This document shows positions 1-7,300 of a stretch of DNA of 64,000 nt, piece by piece. This DNA comes from a virus (lineage: Duplodnaviria; Caudoviricetes), in IMG/VR virus record IMGVR_UViG_3300036783_000080, positions 86,651 through 150,650 of that record; one strand, written 5' to 3'. The position numbers were made by a program, and so were the translations under genes. Under the pieces are notes generated by a model that did not search any database, was not told the origin of the DNA, and saw nothing but the letters and a program-made list of their open reading frames with translations. Positions within the stretch are counted from its first letter, which is position 1; every line of letters starts with the position of its first letter.

Positions 1-367
1 TGTTTCCAATGTCTGTCACGTATAAGTCGTCATAATAGTTAACCTCTTCGCCTTTAATCCCTTGTTCATCAAATAATTCTCTGTCACCTTCACTCCATTC
101 ATTACGAAGGTATTCAGTTGCTTGCTCTAAGGATTCCGCCGCTACGACTGTTTGCCATTCATCGTTGAATTTGTATAGATTAACTCTGAACTCATTACCA
201 TCAATAAGGAAGATTGGACGAACTTGGACAAAATGATATCCAAGTCCTACAAGCCCAATTGCTTTATCCAAAGCTATTACTTTTTCACGCTCCAAGAACT
301 CACTACGCATAAGAGAATCTTGTTCAGTCTTTTGGCTACGCAAAGCAACTAATTGTGTTAACCGCAT
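1..367 (-). CDS. hypothetical protein, 3' end runs off window
   Basis: Hand-translated open frame MRLTQLVALRSQKTEQ... from ATG at 367 to the window edge; abuts upstream stop. Confidence 0.75.
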   Translation of the reverse strand, partial: MRLTQLVALRSQKTEQDSLMRSEFLEREKVIALDKAIGLVGLGYHFVQVRPIFLIDGNEFRVNLYKFNDEWQTVVAAESLEQATEYLRNEWSEGDRELFDEQGIKGEEVNYYDDLYVTDIGN

Positions 368-368
368 A

Positions 369-1121
369 TTATTCACTCACTTTCAGATTTAATTTGTCAA
401 GATATGTTTTCATATTCATAGATTTTCCAAAGTTCTTTTGTAACAGAAGAACTTCTTTCACATCTCTCCAGATGTTATTATGTTTACTATATTGCGATTC
501 ATTGATTGGTTTTAATTCAATGTTACTCCAACTAACACTATCAACAACTGCTGGAATGTATTTTGGAGTTCCTGAGAATTTAGCTCGGAATAACACCAAA
601 TCTCCTTTTTGGATGTCATCTACTCCTCTTTTTTGGTCGTGATAATGACTGCGTTTTAGTTCAGCTACAATTTCTGATTCCGTGGCCAAACGAACTACAT
701 CACTGAACGGTACTCCTTGTAATAAGTGATGTCTTCCAGATGACATTTCGTATCCAGCCGCATTAATTGTAGCTGAGAATTGTCCAATACTTGGGTTGAT
801 TCCAGTAACTTTCTTCGCTCCTGTATGTCCTCTCACAATAACATATTGGTCAACTTCATATCGTGGTGTTTCGATTACTTCTACACGTGCACTTGGGTCA
901 TTTACAATACCATTCCAGTTTTTAAGAGGTTTCCATTCACCTAAATTGTCATTGAACCATTCTACGATATCAAAAGGAGCTTGTACACCAAGTTTCACTT
1001 CGCCGCTACGTACACGAACACGTCTGAAGTTCGCTTCATTGTTATAATGAATTACCAATTCTGCTCCTGTATTTCTAGCGTGGATTAACCATTCGATTGT
1101 TGATTTTGTATTTGTATTCAT
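369..1121 (-). CDS. hypothetical protein (250 aa)
   Basis: ORF track; RBS AGGAG; tight packing. Confidence 0.8.
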   Translation of the reverse strand: MNTNTKSTIEWLIHARNTGAELVIHYNNEANFRRVRVRSGEVKLGVQAPFDIVEWFNDNLGEWKPLKNWNGIVNDPSARVEVIETPRYEVDQYVIVRGHTGAKKVTGINPSIGQFSATINAAGYEMSSGRHHLLQGVPFSDVVRLATESEIVAELKRSHYHDQKRGVDDIQKGDLVLFRAKFSGTPKYIPAVVDSVSWSNIELKPINESQYSKHNNIWRDVKEVLLLQKNFGKSMNMKTYLDKLNLKVSE

Positions 1122-1122
1122 A

Positions 1123-1413
1123 TTATTCTCCTACTTTCTCCATAATAGTATGATATTCAATAATAGATTCAATTTCTTTTACATAATACATTTTAGAACC
1201 AATCACCACTTTTGATAGTTCAATAGCTTTCTCAAGGTCTAAATGTCCATATTCCTTGAGTTGTGTTTCTAATAGATAAACTGGGTAAGATGGTGAGCCA
1301 GAAGGATGTACAAACAAGTTTCCCAGTTTAACTATGTAGAAATCTTTTTCTTTTCTTTTTGTTTCGTGTGATGTTGAAGTTCCTGCCAAAATATAATTTG
1401 GATTCTTCTCCAT
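1123..1413 (-). CDS. hypothetical protein (96 aa)
   Basis: ORF track; RBS GGAGG. Confidence 0.75.
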   Translation of the reverse strand: MEKNPNYILAGTSTSHETKRKEKDFYIVKLGNLFVHPSGSPSYPVYLLETQLKEYGHLDLEKAIELSKVVIGSKMYYVKEIESIIEYHTIMEKVGE

Positions 1414-1453
1414 ACAGCTCGTCCTCCCTGAGAGGAGCTTGTGCCCCTCTGGA

Positions 1454-1537
1454 TTAGTTTTTAGCGTTGTAGATTAATTCTGATAATTCTGCGTAAGAAT
1501 GAACGTGTTGTAAATCTTCTACAGTAACGTTTTTCAT
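1454..1537 (-). CDS. 27-aa micropeptide MKNVTVEDLQHVHSYAELSELIYNAKN
   Basis: Hand-translated; RBS AAAGGAG; first ORF after a middle-type promoter. Confidence 0.55.
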   Translation of the reverse strand: MKNVTVEDLQHVHSYAELSELIYNAKN

Positions 1538-1566
1538 TATCAACAGCTCCTTTCGCATTTTCTACA

Positions 1567-1599
1567 TAATAAAAGGAGCGACTCATAAAAGTCCCTCCT
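1567..1599 (-). promoter_or_regulatory. phage middle-type promoter
   Basis: AGGAGG-N18-CTTTTATTA. Confidence 0.7.
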
Positions 1600-1606
1600 G
1601 GTATCA

Positions 1607-1696
1607 TTATCTGTTATTCACATATTTTTGTACTGAGCCAGAGAGCTTAAAAATGTAACAAAATAGAATCAAACTTCCAAGTGCTGATGCAATCAT
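1607..1696 (-). CDS. 29-aa hydrophobic micropeptide MIASALGSLILFCYIFKLSGSVQKYVNNR
   Basis: Hand-translated; RBS AGGAGG; ATGA overlap with upstream 18-aa ORF. Confidence 0.5.
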   Translation of the reverse strand: MIASALGSLILFCYIFKLSGSVQKYVNNR

Positions 1697-1749
1697 TTCG
1701 CATTCCCCTCCTGAGTTTGTTCTTTGGATATTTTATTATCATAGGTCAT
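1693..1749 (-). CDS. 18-aa micropeptide MTYDNKISKEQTQEGNAK
   Basis: Strong RBS AAGGAGGAG; translationally coupled to next ORF. Confidence 0.35.
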   Translation of the reverse strand: MTYDNKISKEQTQEGNAK

Positions 1750-1807
1750 GTAAACTCCTCCTTCAGCATTATGTTTATCATTAATGTCTGATTTGGAGTT
1801 GTACCGA

Positions 1808-2593
1808 TTATATATTGATTAAATTTTCCCCTTCTGGGCAGTAATGAAGTGCGAACTCTTCAAACATCTCTCCAGCATCTCCAGGAAGCTCTACAAGATT
1901 TTCTTTCTCTTCGAAAAGGCATTTGAAAAAGTCCTGTAAAGATATTCCAGTGAAAAATGGAGTCGTGAAGTTTTCTTTACACTCATCATCATTCAACATG
2001 TGTAACACCATAGACTCAAATGTCCAGAAATGATAATGATGGATTATATTATTGTCTGTAATGATTCTGTGATGTCCAATAGCTTGTATATCCATTTGGC
2101 CAGGATAAATGTCACAATAGAAGAAATCAAACTCTTCATTGTTAGCAGTTAGAACGTCCTGACAAACAATCGTCAGCTTTTCATGTTCGCCAAAGTTCTG
2201 ATAATAGAAGTCAATAACATCTTGGTTGAGCTCATATACAACAATCTCTTCCACTTCTTCCTTCTCAAGAATCTTTTGAACATAATACCCCAAACCTAAT
2301 CCTGCTACACCTACACGTCCGTGAGCGTAGAACGCGGGCAGGTAATGAGATTCAATCTCCATTGGAGTAAGACTCATCCAAGTTTGTCCGTCAATTAGGA
2401 ACACGGGGACGTTGTGCAAAGGTTCTGGCCAATCCTTGTACATATATCCATCAAGCCGCCAGTCTATCTTTTCAACAACTCGCAGCTCTATGTTTTTGTA
2501 CGTTCTGTTTTGAACCTTTTTACTGAACCAAGCAATCTCCTTCTCTTGATACTCACGTGAAAATGGGTTATCTGGTAATTTTGGATAGAACAT
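1808..2593 (-). CDS. class I SAM-dependent methyltransferase / spermidine-synthase-like fold protein
   Basis: VGVAGLGLGY (motif I), VVYELNQDV (acidic motif II), CQDV, DFFYCDIY. Confidence 0.65.
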   Translation of the reverse strand: MFYPKLPDNPFSREYQEKEIAWFSKKVQNRTYKNIELRVVEKIDWRLDGYMYKDWPEPLHNVPVFLIDGQTWMSLTPMEIESHYLPAFYAHGRVGVAGLGLGYYVQKILEKEEVEEIVVYELNQDVIDFYYQNFGEHEKLTIVCQDVLTANNEEFDFFYCDIYPGQMDIQAIGHHRIITDNNIIHHYHFWTFESMVLHMLNDDECKENFTTPFFTGISLQDFFKCLFEEKENLVELPGDAGEMFEEFALHYCPEGENLINI

Positions 2594-3027
2594 TATTTTT
2601 CCTCATCTTTCGGTTTGATGTAATCAATTATAGTTAGTTCAGAAGGCGATAAGCTTCTGTTTGTTTGAGCTGTAACATATATGCGTAGGTCTTTGTATTC
2701 CTCCTCAAGCTTGAGAAGGTCGTTGAGTTCTTCAGGATTGAGTTTCTTCCCATCTATAAGGATGTAACTTGTAATCCCGTTTTTCCCTCCCTCTCGTACC
2801 GCTCCAAGAACCATCTTTTCCAGTCCTTTATAAGAGTTTATTACAACACGCAGCCCATCCAAGCTTCCTCCGTGCATTCCTTGAAGGCGTTTATATATCC
2901 CAAATAAAGATTCCTCTTCACCAATCGTAATGAATATATTGTTGTGTCCTTCTTTAGATAATTTAATAGCCAACTCCAACATATATCTTGTTTTACCTTG
3001 TCCAGCCGCTCCCATTACTAGTTTCAT
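2593..3027 (-). CDS. small P-loop NTPase-like protein
   Basis: N-terminal GAAGQGKT Walker A; YILIDG Walker-B-like; VTAQTNR. Confidence 0.55.
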   Translation of the reverse strand: MKLVMGAAGQGKTRYMLELAIKLSKEGHNNIFITIGEEESLFGIYKRLQGMHGGSLDGLRVVINSYKGLEKMVLGAVREGGKNGITSYILIDGKKLNPEELNDLLKLEEEYKDLRIYVTAQTNRSLSPSELTIIDYIKPKDEEK

Positions 3028-3371
3028 ACTTTGACACGCTCCTTTTTCTCCTCTTTTGTAACTCTCTCAACATGTGCATCTAATATGGCTTGTACTTCAG
3101 CTTTGTTATATCCACCAACAACGTGCTTCCCTCTCCATTCAGCCTTGTAATAAGGTCGTCCATTAGGTATTTCACTCACATAGACATTCCCTTTTCCATA
3201 GCGTTTATGTTTCTTGAAGTGGTCGGCAGGAACTTTCCCTGCTTTGACCATATCAAATGCTGCTTGGGCTTCCTCTCTAGTTGGGAAGACTCCAATTGAT
3301 TGATATCTCCCTCCACCTAGATGGAGTTTTGCTTGATACTTTCCTGAGTAATTCAAATAACCAACTGCCAT
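3024..3371 (-). CDS. AP2-domain-like DNA-binding protein
   Basis: GKYQAKL...SIGVFPTREEAQAAFD resembles the AP2 signature. Confidence 0.6.
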   Translation of the reverse strand: MAVGYLNYSGKYQAKLHLGGGRYQSIGVFPTREEAQAAFDMVKAGKVPADHFKKHKRYGKGNVYVSEIPNGRPYYKAEWRGKHVVGGYNKAEVQAILDAHVERVTKEEKKERVKV

Positions 3372-3578
3372 TTATTTCTTCCTCTCCTCATATACACTTT
3401 GTATAATCGCTTCAAATTCTGACAAGGCAAAGAACTTCGCAGGAATATCAAAGTACATAACCATAATCTCAGTATCCATAACAGATATTCTTGTTACATA
3501 AGATTCAAACTTTGGGATGTAGTTCATATGCTTCAAAACAGGTGATTCATAGTTGTCATATTGTTCCAGAACATTCAT
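3372..3578 (-). CDS. hypothetical protein (68 aa)
   Basis: ORF track; coupled to neighbours. Confidence 0.7.
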   Translation of the reverse strand: MNVLEQYDNYESPVLKHMNYIPKFESYVTRISVMDTEIMVMYFDIPAKFFALSEFEAIIQSVYEERKK

Positions 3579-4243
3579 TTCTTGTCCTCCTCAGTTATCG
3601 CTTCCAATATAAGGTCGTCAACGAGCTTTCTCAAGCCTTCATAATCGTAGTCGTTAACTTTATATTCTTTTCTTCCTTTCAATCTGCAGTCGGCTACGTT
3701 AGTTGTTCCTTTTAATACGTCAGTAACAGGTCGAACTTCCCACAACCAAACAATATCATCATATAGAGTATTTATATTTGACATGAATTTTATTCCATGA
3801 TAGCTTACACCCATACGTTCTTTTTCAAAGCGTGTTCTGTTAAATTGCGTTAACATGTTCCACAGTCGAACAGCTCCTGGAGGGAATCCAAGTGAATAAC
3901 CTAGCGTGTCGTGTCGATAATCGGTGATTGTTTCGCCATTAAACTCGTACTTTACTAAACCATTATGTTCAAACCATTTCTTTGCATCTTCTCCTTGGAA
4001 GAATAAAGCTGAGTGTCTTTGTGGGAACTCGATGTATGGATATCCTGCTTCCTTTAATCTTTTAAAAGCTGGCGTTTCTGCGTTTTCAACTTCTCCTAAA
4101 AACGCCGCCGCTTTCTTATGAAGTCTCGCAGTGATAAGTACCGCTGGTTTGTATCCAAGAACGAAAGCCACCACATCTGCCGATTTATATTTATTCATTG
4201 TCTCCACAACGTTGTCTTCTTTAACAACTGCTAATTTATCCAT
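3575..4243 (-). CDS. hypothetical early protein
   Basis: ORF track; start moved to MDKLAVV after GGAGG RBS. Confidence 0.75.
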   Translation of the reverse strand: MDKLAVVKEDNVVETMNKYKSADVVAFVLGYKPAVLITARLHKKAAAFLGEVENAETPAFKRLKEAGYPYIEFPQRHSALFFQGEDAKKWFEHNGLVKYEFNGETITDYRHDTLGYSLGFPPGAVRLWNMLTQFNRTRFEKERMGVSYHGIKFMSNINTLYDDIVWLWEVRPVTDVLKGTTNVADCRLKGRKEYKVNDYDYEGLRKLVDDLILEAITEEDKK

Positions 4244-4293
4244 TCTTATTTCCTCCCTTTCCACTTGACTAGTGTACTAGCCATCTTACAACT

Positions 4294-4325
4294 ATTATAC
4301 TAAACTATTCTTTTCCAATAGTCAA
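4294..4325 (-). promoter_or_regulatory. sigmaA-type early promoter
   Basis: TTGACT-N17-TAGTAT, overlapping TATAAT. Confidence 0.6.
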
Positions 4326-4355
4326 GCGTTAATTATGAAAAAGAGGAACAAAGTT

Positions 4356-4613
4356 TTAAATTTGTTCCTCTTCCTCTCCTAAAACATTTAAAGCAAGGTT
4401 TCTCATTGTTTGTATAGCCACGATTGAACGGTTATCTCTTTGTATTCTGCTTGTATCAACTTGCGTTATATCTTTTAAAGTTTTACGTAGTCTTAAACAT
4501 TCTTCAGCAAGAGATGCTATGTCAGCTACCTTTAACCAATCTGGAGCTTCATCCCCGTAATGTTTAAAATAGTCATAGAGTTCTTGAAGCTCGTGCGTTG
4601 TAAATTTACTCAT
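4356..4613 (-). CDS. hypothetical protein
   Basis: ORF track; likely start MSKFTTHEL overlapping deaminase stop. Confidence 0.65.
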   Translation of the reverse strand: MSKFTTHELQELYDYFKHYGDEAPDWLKVADIASLAEECLRLRKTLKDITQVDTSRIQRDNRSIVAIQTMRNLALNVLGEEEEQI

Positions 4614-4950
4614 CTTCAGGAAGTCCGAACAGTTTAGATACATGAACGCCATTTTCTCTTAGATAATCAATACCATCCGTCACTCGGTACTCTTCATGAT
4701 ACATAACTGTTAACACTCCTTCTTCAACTAATCGCTTTGCGCAGTCTAAACAAGGAGAATGAGAGACAATCACCATTTTTGGGTTATCGTAACTCATCTG
4801 TTCCAAAAGATTGATTTCTGCGTGAGTACATCCGCAAGCTCCTGGGACATTTGAACATTCTTTATGATTATAGTTTCGAGCTTTACCAATCGTTCCGTCA
4901 ACAGTAATACCGATGGCCACAACTTTCATACGTTTACATTTATTGTCCAT
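4606..4950 (-). CDS. dCMP deaminase-like protein
   Basis: HAEINL and SPCLDC zinc-binding deaminase motifs; YHEEYR. Confidence 0.85.
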   Translation of the reverse strand: MDNKCKRMKVVAIGITVDGTIGKARNYNHKECSNVPGACGCTHAEINLLEQMSYDNPKMVIVSHSPCLDCAKRLVEEGVLTVMYHEEYRVTDGIDYLRENGVHVSKLFGLPEDE

Positions 4951-5938
4951 CCCATTCACCTTCTTCATCATCTTCACGTGGAGTGTTCATTTGATTCTCG
5001 ATATCTTCATCATTTTCGTTATCAAAAATCTTCTCTACAACCTGAACCAACCAGTTTGAATCGAAATTGAATGTTGGGTCTTCTAAGCGTTTAGAATGTA
5101 CCGTATCAATAAGAATGCTCATATATGTTAAGTCTACACCAGTGAGTTGGTCTTCTAACACTAATGGGTCATTCAGATTCAATTCACTCACTTGGAATAT
5201 CATCTTCAACACTTGTCCTGCGTTGATTGTGTACCCTCTAGCGATGAACTTTCTCATACGAAGAATAGACGCAATCGGATATTTTGAACCTGAGTAACGA
5301 AGTTCTTTTGTCATTATAGATGTGAGAGTTTCAGCAGGAAGCGTTAACTTACCAGTATTGAATAAACTTCCACCTGTCCAATAAGCTACGCCAGTTGGCT
5401 CCCAATACGCTTGACAGTGAATGTAATCAAAGTTCTTGTGAACTTCTTCTGGGCTGCCGTGGAATCGCATAATTAATTGAACACCATCTGATAACGTGAT
5501 AGCGTTTGAAGATAGGAAAATAGGTCTGAAGTTCTTTTCGTCCTTTGGTTTCTTTGACTCATCTTTGGGTTGTAATCCTAGTCCTCTGCGGTTGATTTCG
5601 TCTTGTTCCATTCCTTCCGTATCTTCAGCGATACCTTTTGAACGAATCATTACTTTGACACGTTTCTCTTCAAGAGATTTTAAATCCACACTAGCATGAG
5701 TGTCGTGATGTTTATTCCATCTATCTACATAATAACCAGCAACCGCTCTACAAGTTTCAAAATCTTTAAAATAGATATCATAGTCATTCGGCTCTTCATT
5801 TCCTAATAGGGAAACAATAGCACCCCCAGAAATAAAACAATTCTTTTCAACCAGTTCACTCACCTTTTTATCATCTATAGACTTTACCCAGTTTTTGTGA
5901 ATACGTGCTAATCTTGATTTAATCTGTTTCGTTAACAT
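4940..5938 (-). CDS. pol-beta superfamily nucleotidyltransferase
   Basis: FISGGAI...PNDYDIYF motif like the CCA-adding/poly(A) polymerase head; FDYIHC. Confidence 0.7.
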   Translation of the reverse strand: MLTKQIKSRLARIHKNWVKSIDDKKVSELVEKNCFISGGAIVSLLGNEEPNDYDIYFKDFETCRAVAGYYVDRWNKHHDTHASVDLKSLEEKRVKVMIRSKGIAEDTEGMEQDEINRRGLGLQPKDESKKPKDEKNFRPIFLSSNAITLSDGVQLIMRFHGSPEEVHKNFDYIHCQAYWEPTGVAYWTGGSLFNTGKLTLPAETLTSIMTKELRYSGSKYPIASILRMRKFIARGYTINAGQVLKMIFQVSELNLNDPLVLEDQLTGVDLTYMSILIDTVHSKRLEDPTFNFDSNWLVQVVEKIFDNENDEDIENQMNTPREDDEEGEWDGQ

Positions 5939-5968
5939 TCCAATTCCTCCTCTTTATCGACTTACAAA

Positions 5969-6001
5969 TAATAAAAGAAGGATTGGACAAAGTATTCTCC
6001 C
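5969..6001 (-). promoter_or_regulatory. phage middle-type promoter
   Basis: GGGAGA-N18-CTTTTATTA. Confidence 0.7.
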
Positions 6002-6019
6002 ATACTCACTATTTGAAGA

Positions 6020-6051
6020 CAAAAGAAAATCCCAACCGTCAAGTTGGGATT
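6020..6051 (-). terminator. intrinsic terminator
   Basis: AATCCCAAC/GTTGGGATT stem followed by a T-run on the minus strand. Confidence 0.75.
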
Positions 6052-6532
6052 ACTTCATAACTCTATCTTTTTGAGTAGGTACTGCAGAGACTACATCATT
6101 GAATGTAATGTCGTATTTCTTTCCCTGAACCTTTACTTCAAACGTTGTATTCTTGCTCAAAGAAAGGTCTTCAGAGATAATTCCAGCCATCCGAATACCG
6201 TTATTGTCGAACTGTACTGTCCATCCTTGTGGAATCTTACGAGCTTTTGTGATATCAATGATTTTGTTTTTTGGTCCAAATTCATCGTCTGGGTCATAGA
6301 ACTTTCGGCACGCCGCTTCATTAGTTTCCGCAGGAACGATTGAACGAAGAGATTGTCCAGTCACCATTTTGTAACGAACTGCAAAGAATTTAAGTTCAAA
6401 TGTAGGAAGGTCATTGTCTTGTTTTACTGTCGCCCAAGCTTCCTTAAGATGTGACGCAGGAGTTCCGCCTTTCTCCTGAGACAATTTCTTAGCCAATTCA
6501 CATGCCATACTTCTTAAGTTATCCTTTTTCAT
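6050..6532 (-). CDS. hypothetical protein (160 aa)
   Basis: ORF track; RBS AAGGAG. Confidence 0.75.
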   Translation of the reverse strand: MKKDNLRSMACELAKKLSQEKGGTPASHLKEAWATVKQDNDLPTFELKFFAVRYKMVTGQSLRSIVPAETNEAACRKFYDPDDEFGPKNKIIDITKARKIPQGWTVQFDNNGIRMAGIISEDLSLSKNTTFEVKVQGKKYDITFNDVVSAVPTQKDRVMK

Positions 6533-6635
6533 GTTATAACTCTCCTTTTAATTTGAATTTTAAGCTGTGAGACTGATTGACTATTTGAATTTAAATTCTC
6601 TGACAGCTAATTAATTGTTAACCGTTGCTAATGGT

Positions 6636-6974
6636 TTACAGTTTGTTTAGGTGTTTGATAAACTCTCGTATACAATCATATTTATTAATCTCACGTGTTT
6701 TTTCTATCGTTGTTACTATTTTATCCGCAATTGTCATTTTAATTCCTATTAAATCACTTTCTGGATAATCTTCTATTTTTATTTCATAAGGTTTTCCATT
6801 TAGCAAGATAGCGGCGTCACCTGGCGTCACATTGAACGCCATATCCGCAGTTTCAACTATGTTCTCTTGTTTCAAGCTTTCGTTACCATATTTTCTCATT
6901 TCATTATCACTCAAAATTAAAGTTGTAACATCTGACAACACCATATTTTCATGTTTAACATTTTTAAATCTCAT
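6636..6974 (-). CDS. hypothetical protein (112 aa)
   Basis: ORF track; RBS GGAGG. Confidence 0.75.
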   Translation of the reverse strand: MRFKNVKHENMVLSDVTTLILSDNEMRKYGNESLKQENIVETADMAFNVTPGDAAILLNGKPYEIKIEDYPESDLIGIKMTIADKIVTTIEKTREINKYDCIREFIKHLNKL

Positions 6975-6985
6975 TTTAATTCCTC

Positions 6986-7204
6986 CTATTTTTCGAATGT
7001 AAATTTTCTTGTCGATAATCTATTTTGACCAAAACATTTAATGTCTGCAACATTATATGCTTTCTTATATCCTCTTTTCTTTGCGTAACTACAAGCCAAG
7101 GTTGCTGTCGCTCCTCTATCTAGTTCGCTTGGGTCATCTGCCCCAACTACTACAACAAACATTTTTCCAGAGCGGTAAGAGTCAACCACCTTCATAACAT
7201 TCAC
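6986..7204 (-). CDS. hypothetical early protein (72 aa)
   Basis: ORF track; downstream of sigmaA promoter. Confidence 0.65.
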   Translation of the reverse strand: MNVMKVVDSYRSGKMFVVVVGADDPSELDRGATATLACSYAKKRGYKKAYNVADIKCFGQNRLSTRKFTFEK

Positions 7205-7245
7205 TTTCCCTTCTTGGTAATTGGTTTTTATTACCTTACAACTTC

Positions 7246-7274
7246 ATTATAATATATCTTGTCCCTTATTTCAA
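7246..7274 (-). promoter_or_regulatory. sigmaA-type early promoter
   Basis: TTGAAA-N17-TATAAT. Confidence 0.75.
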
Positions 7275-7300
7275 GCATTTATACCAAAAATTGTAACAAT

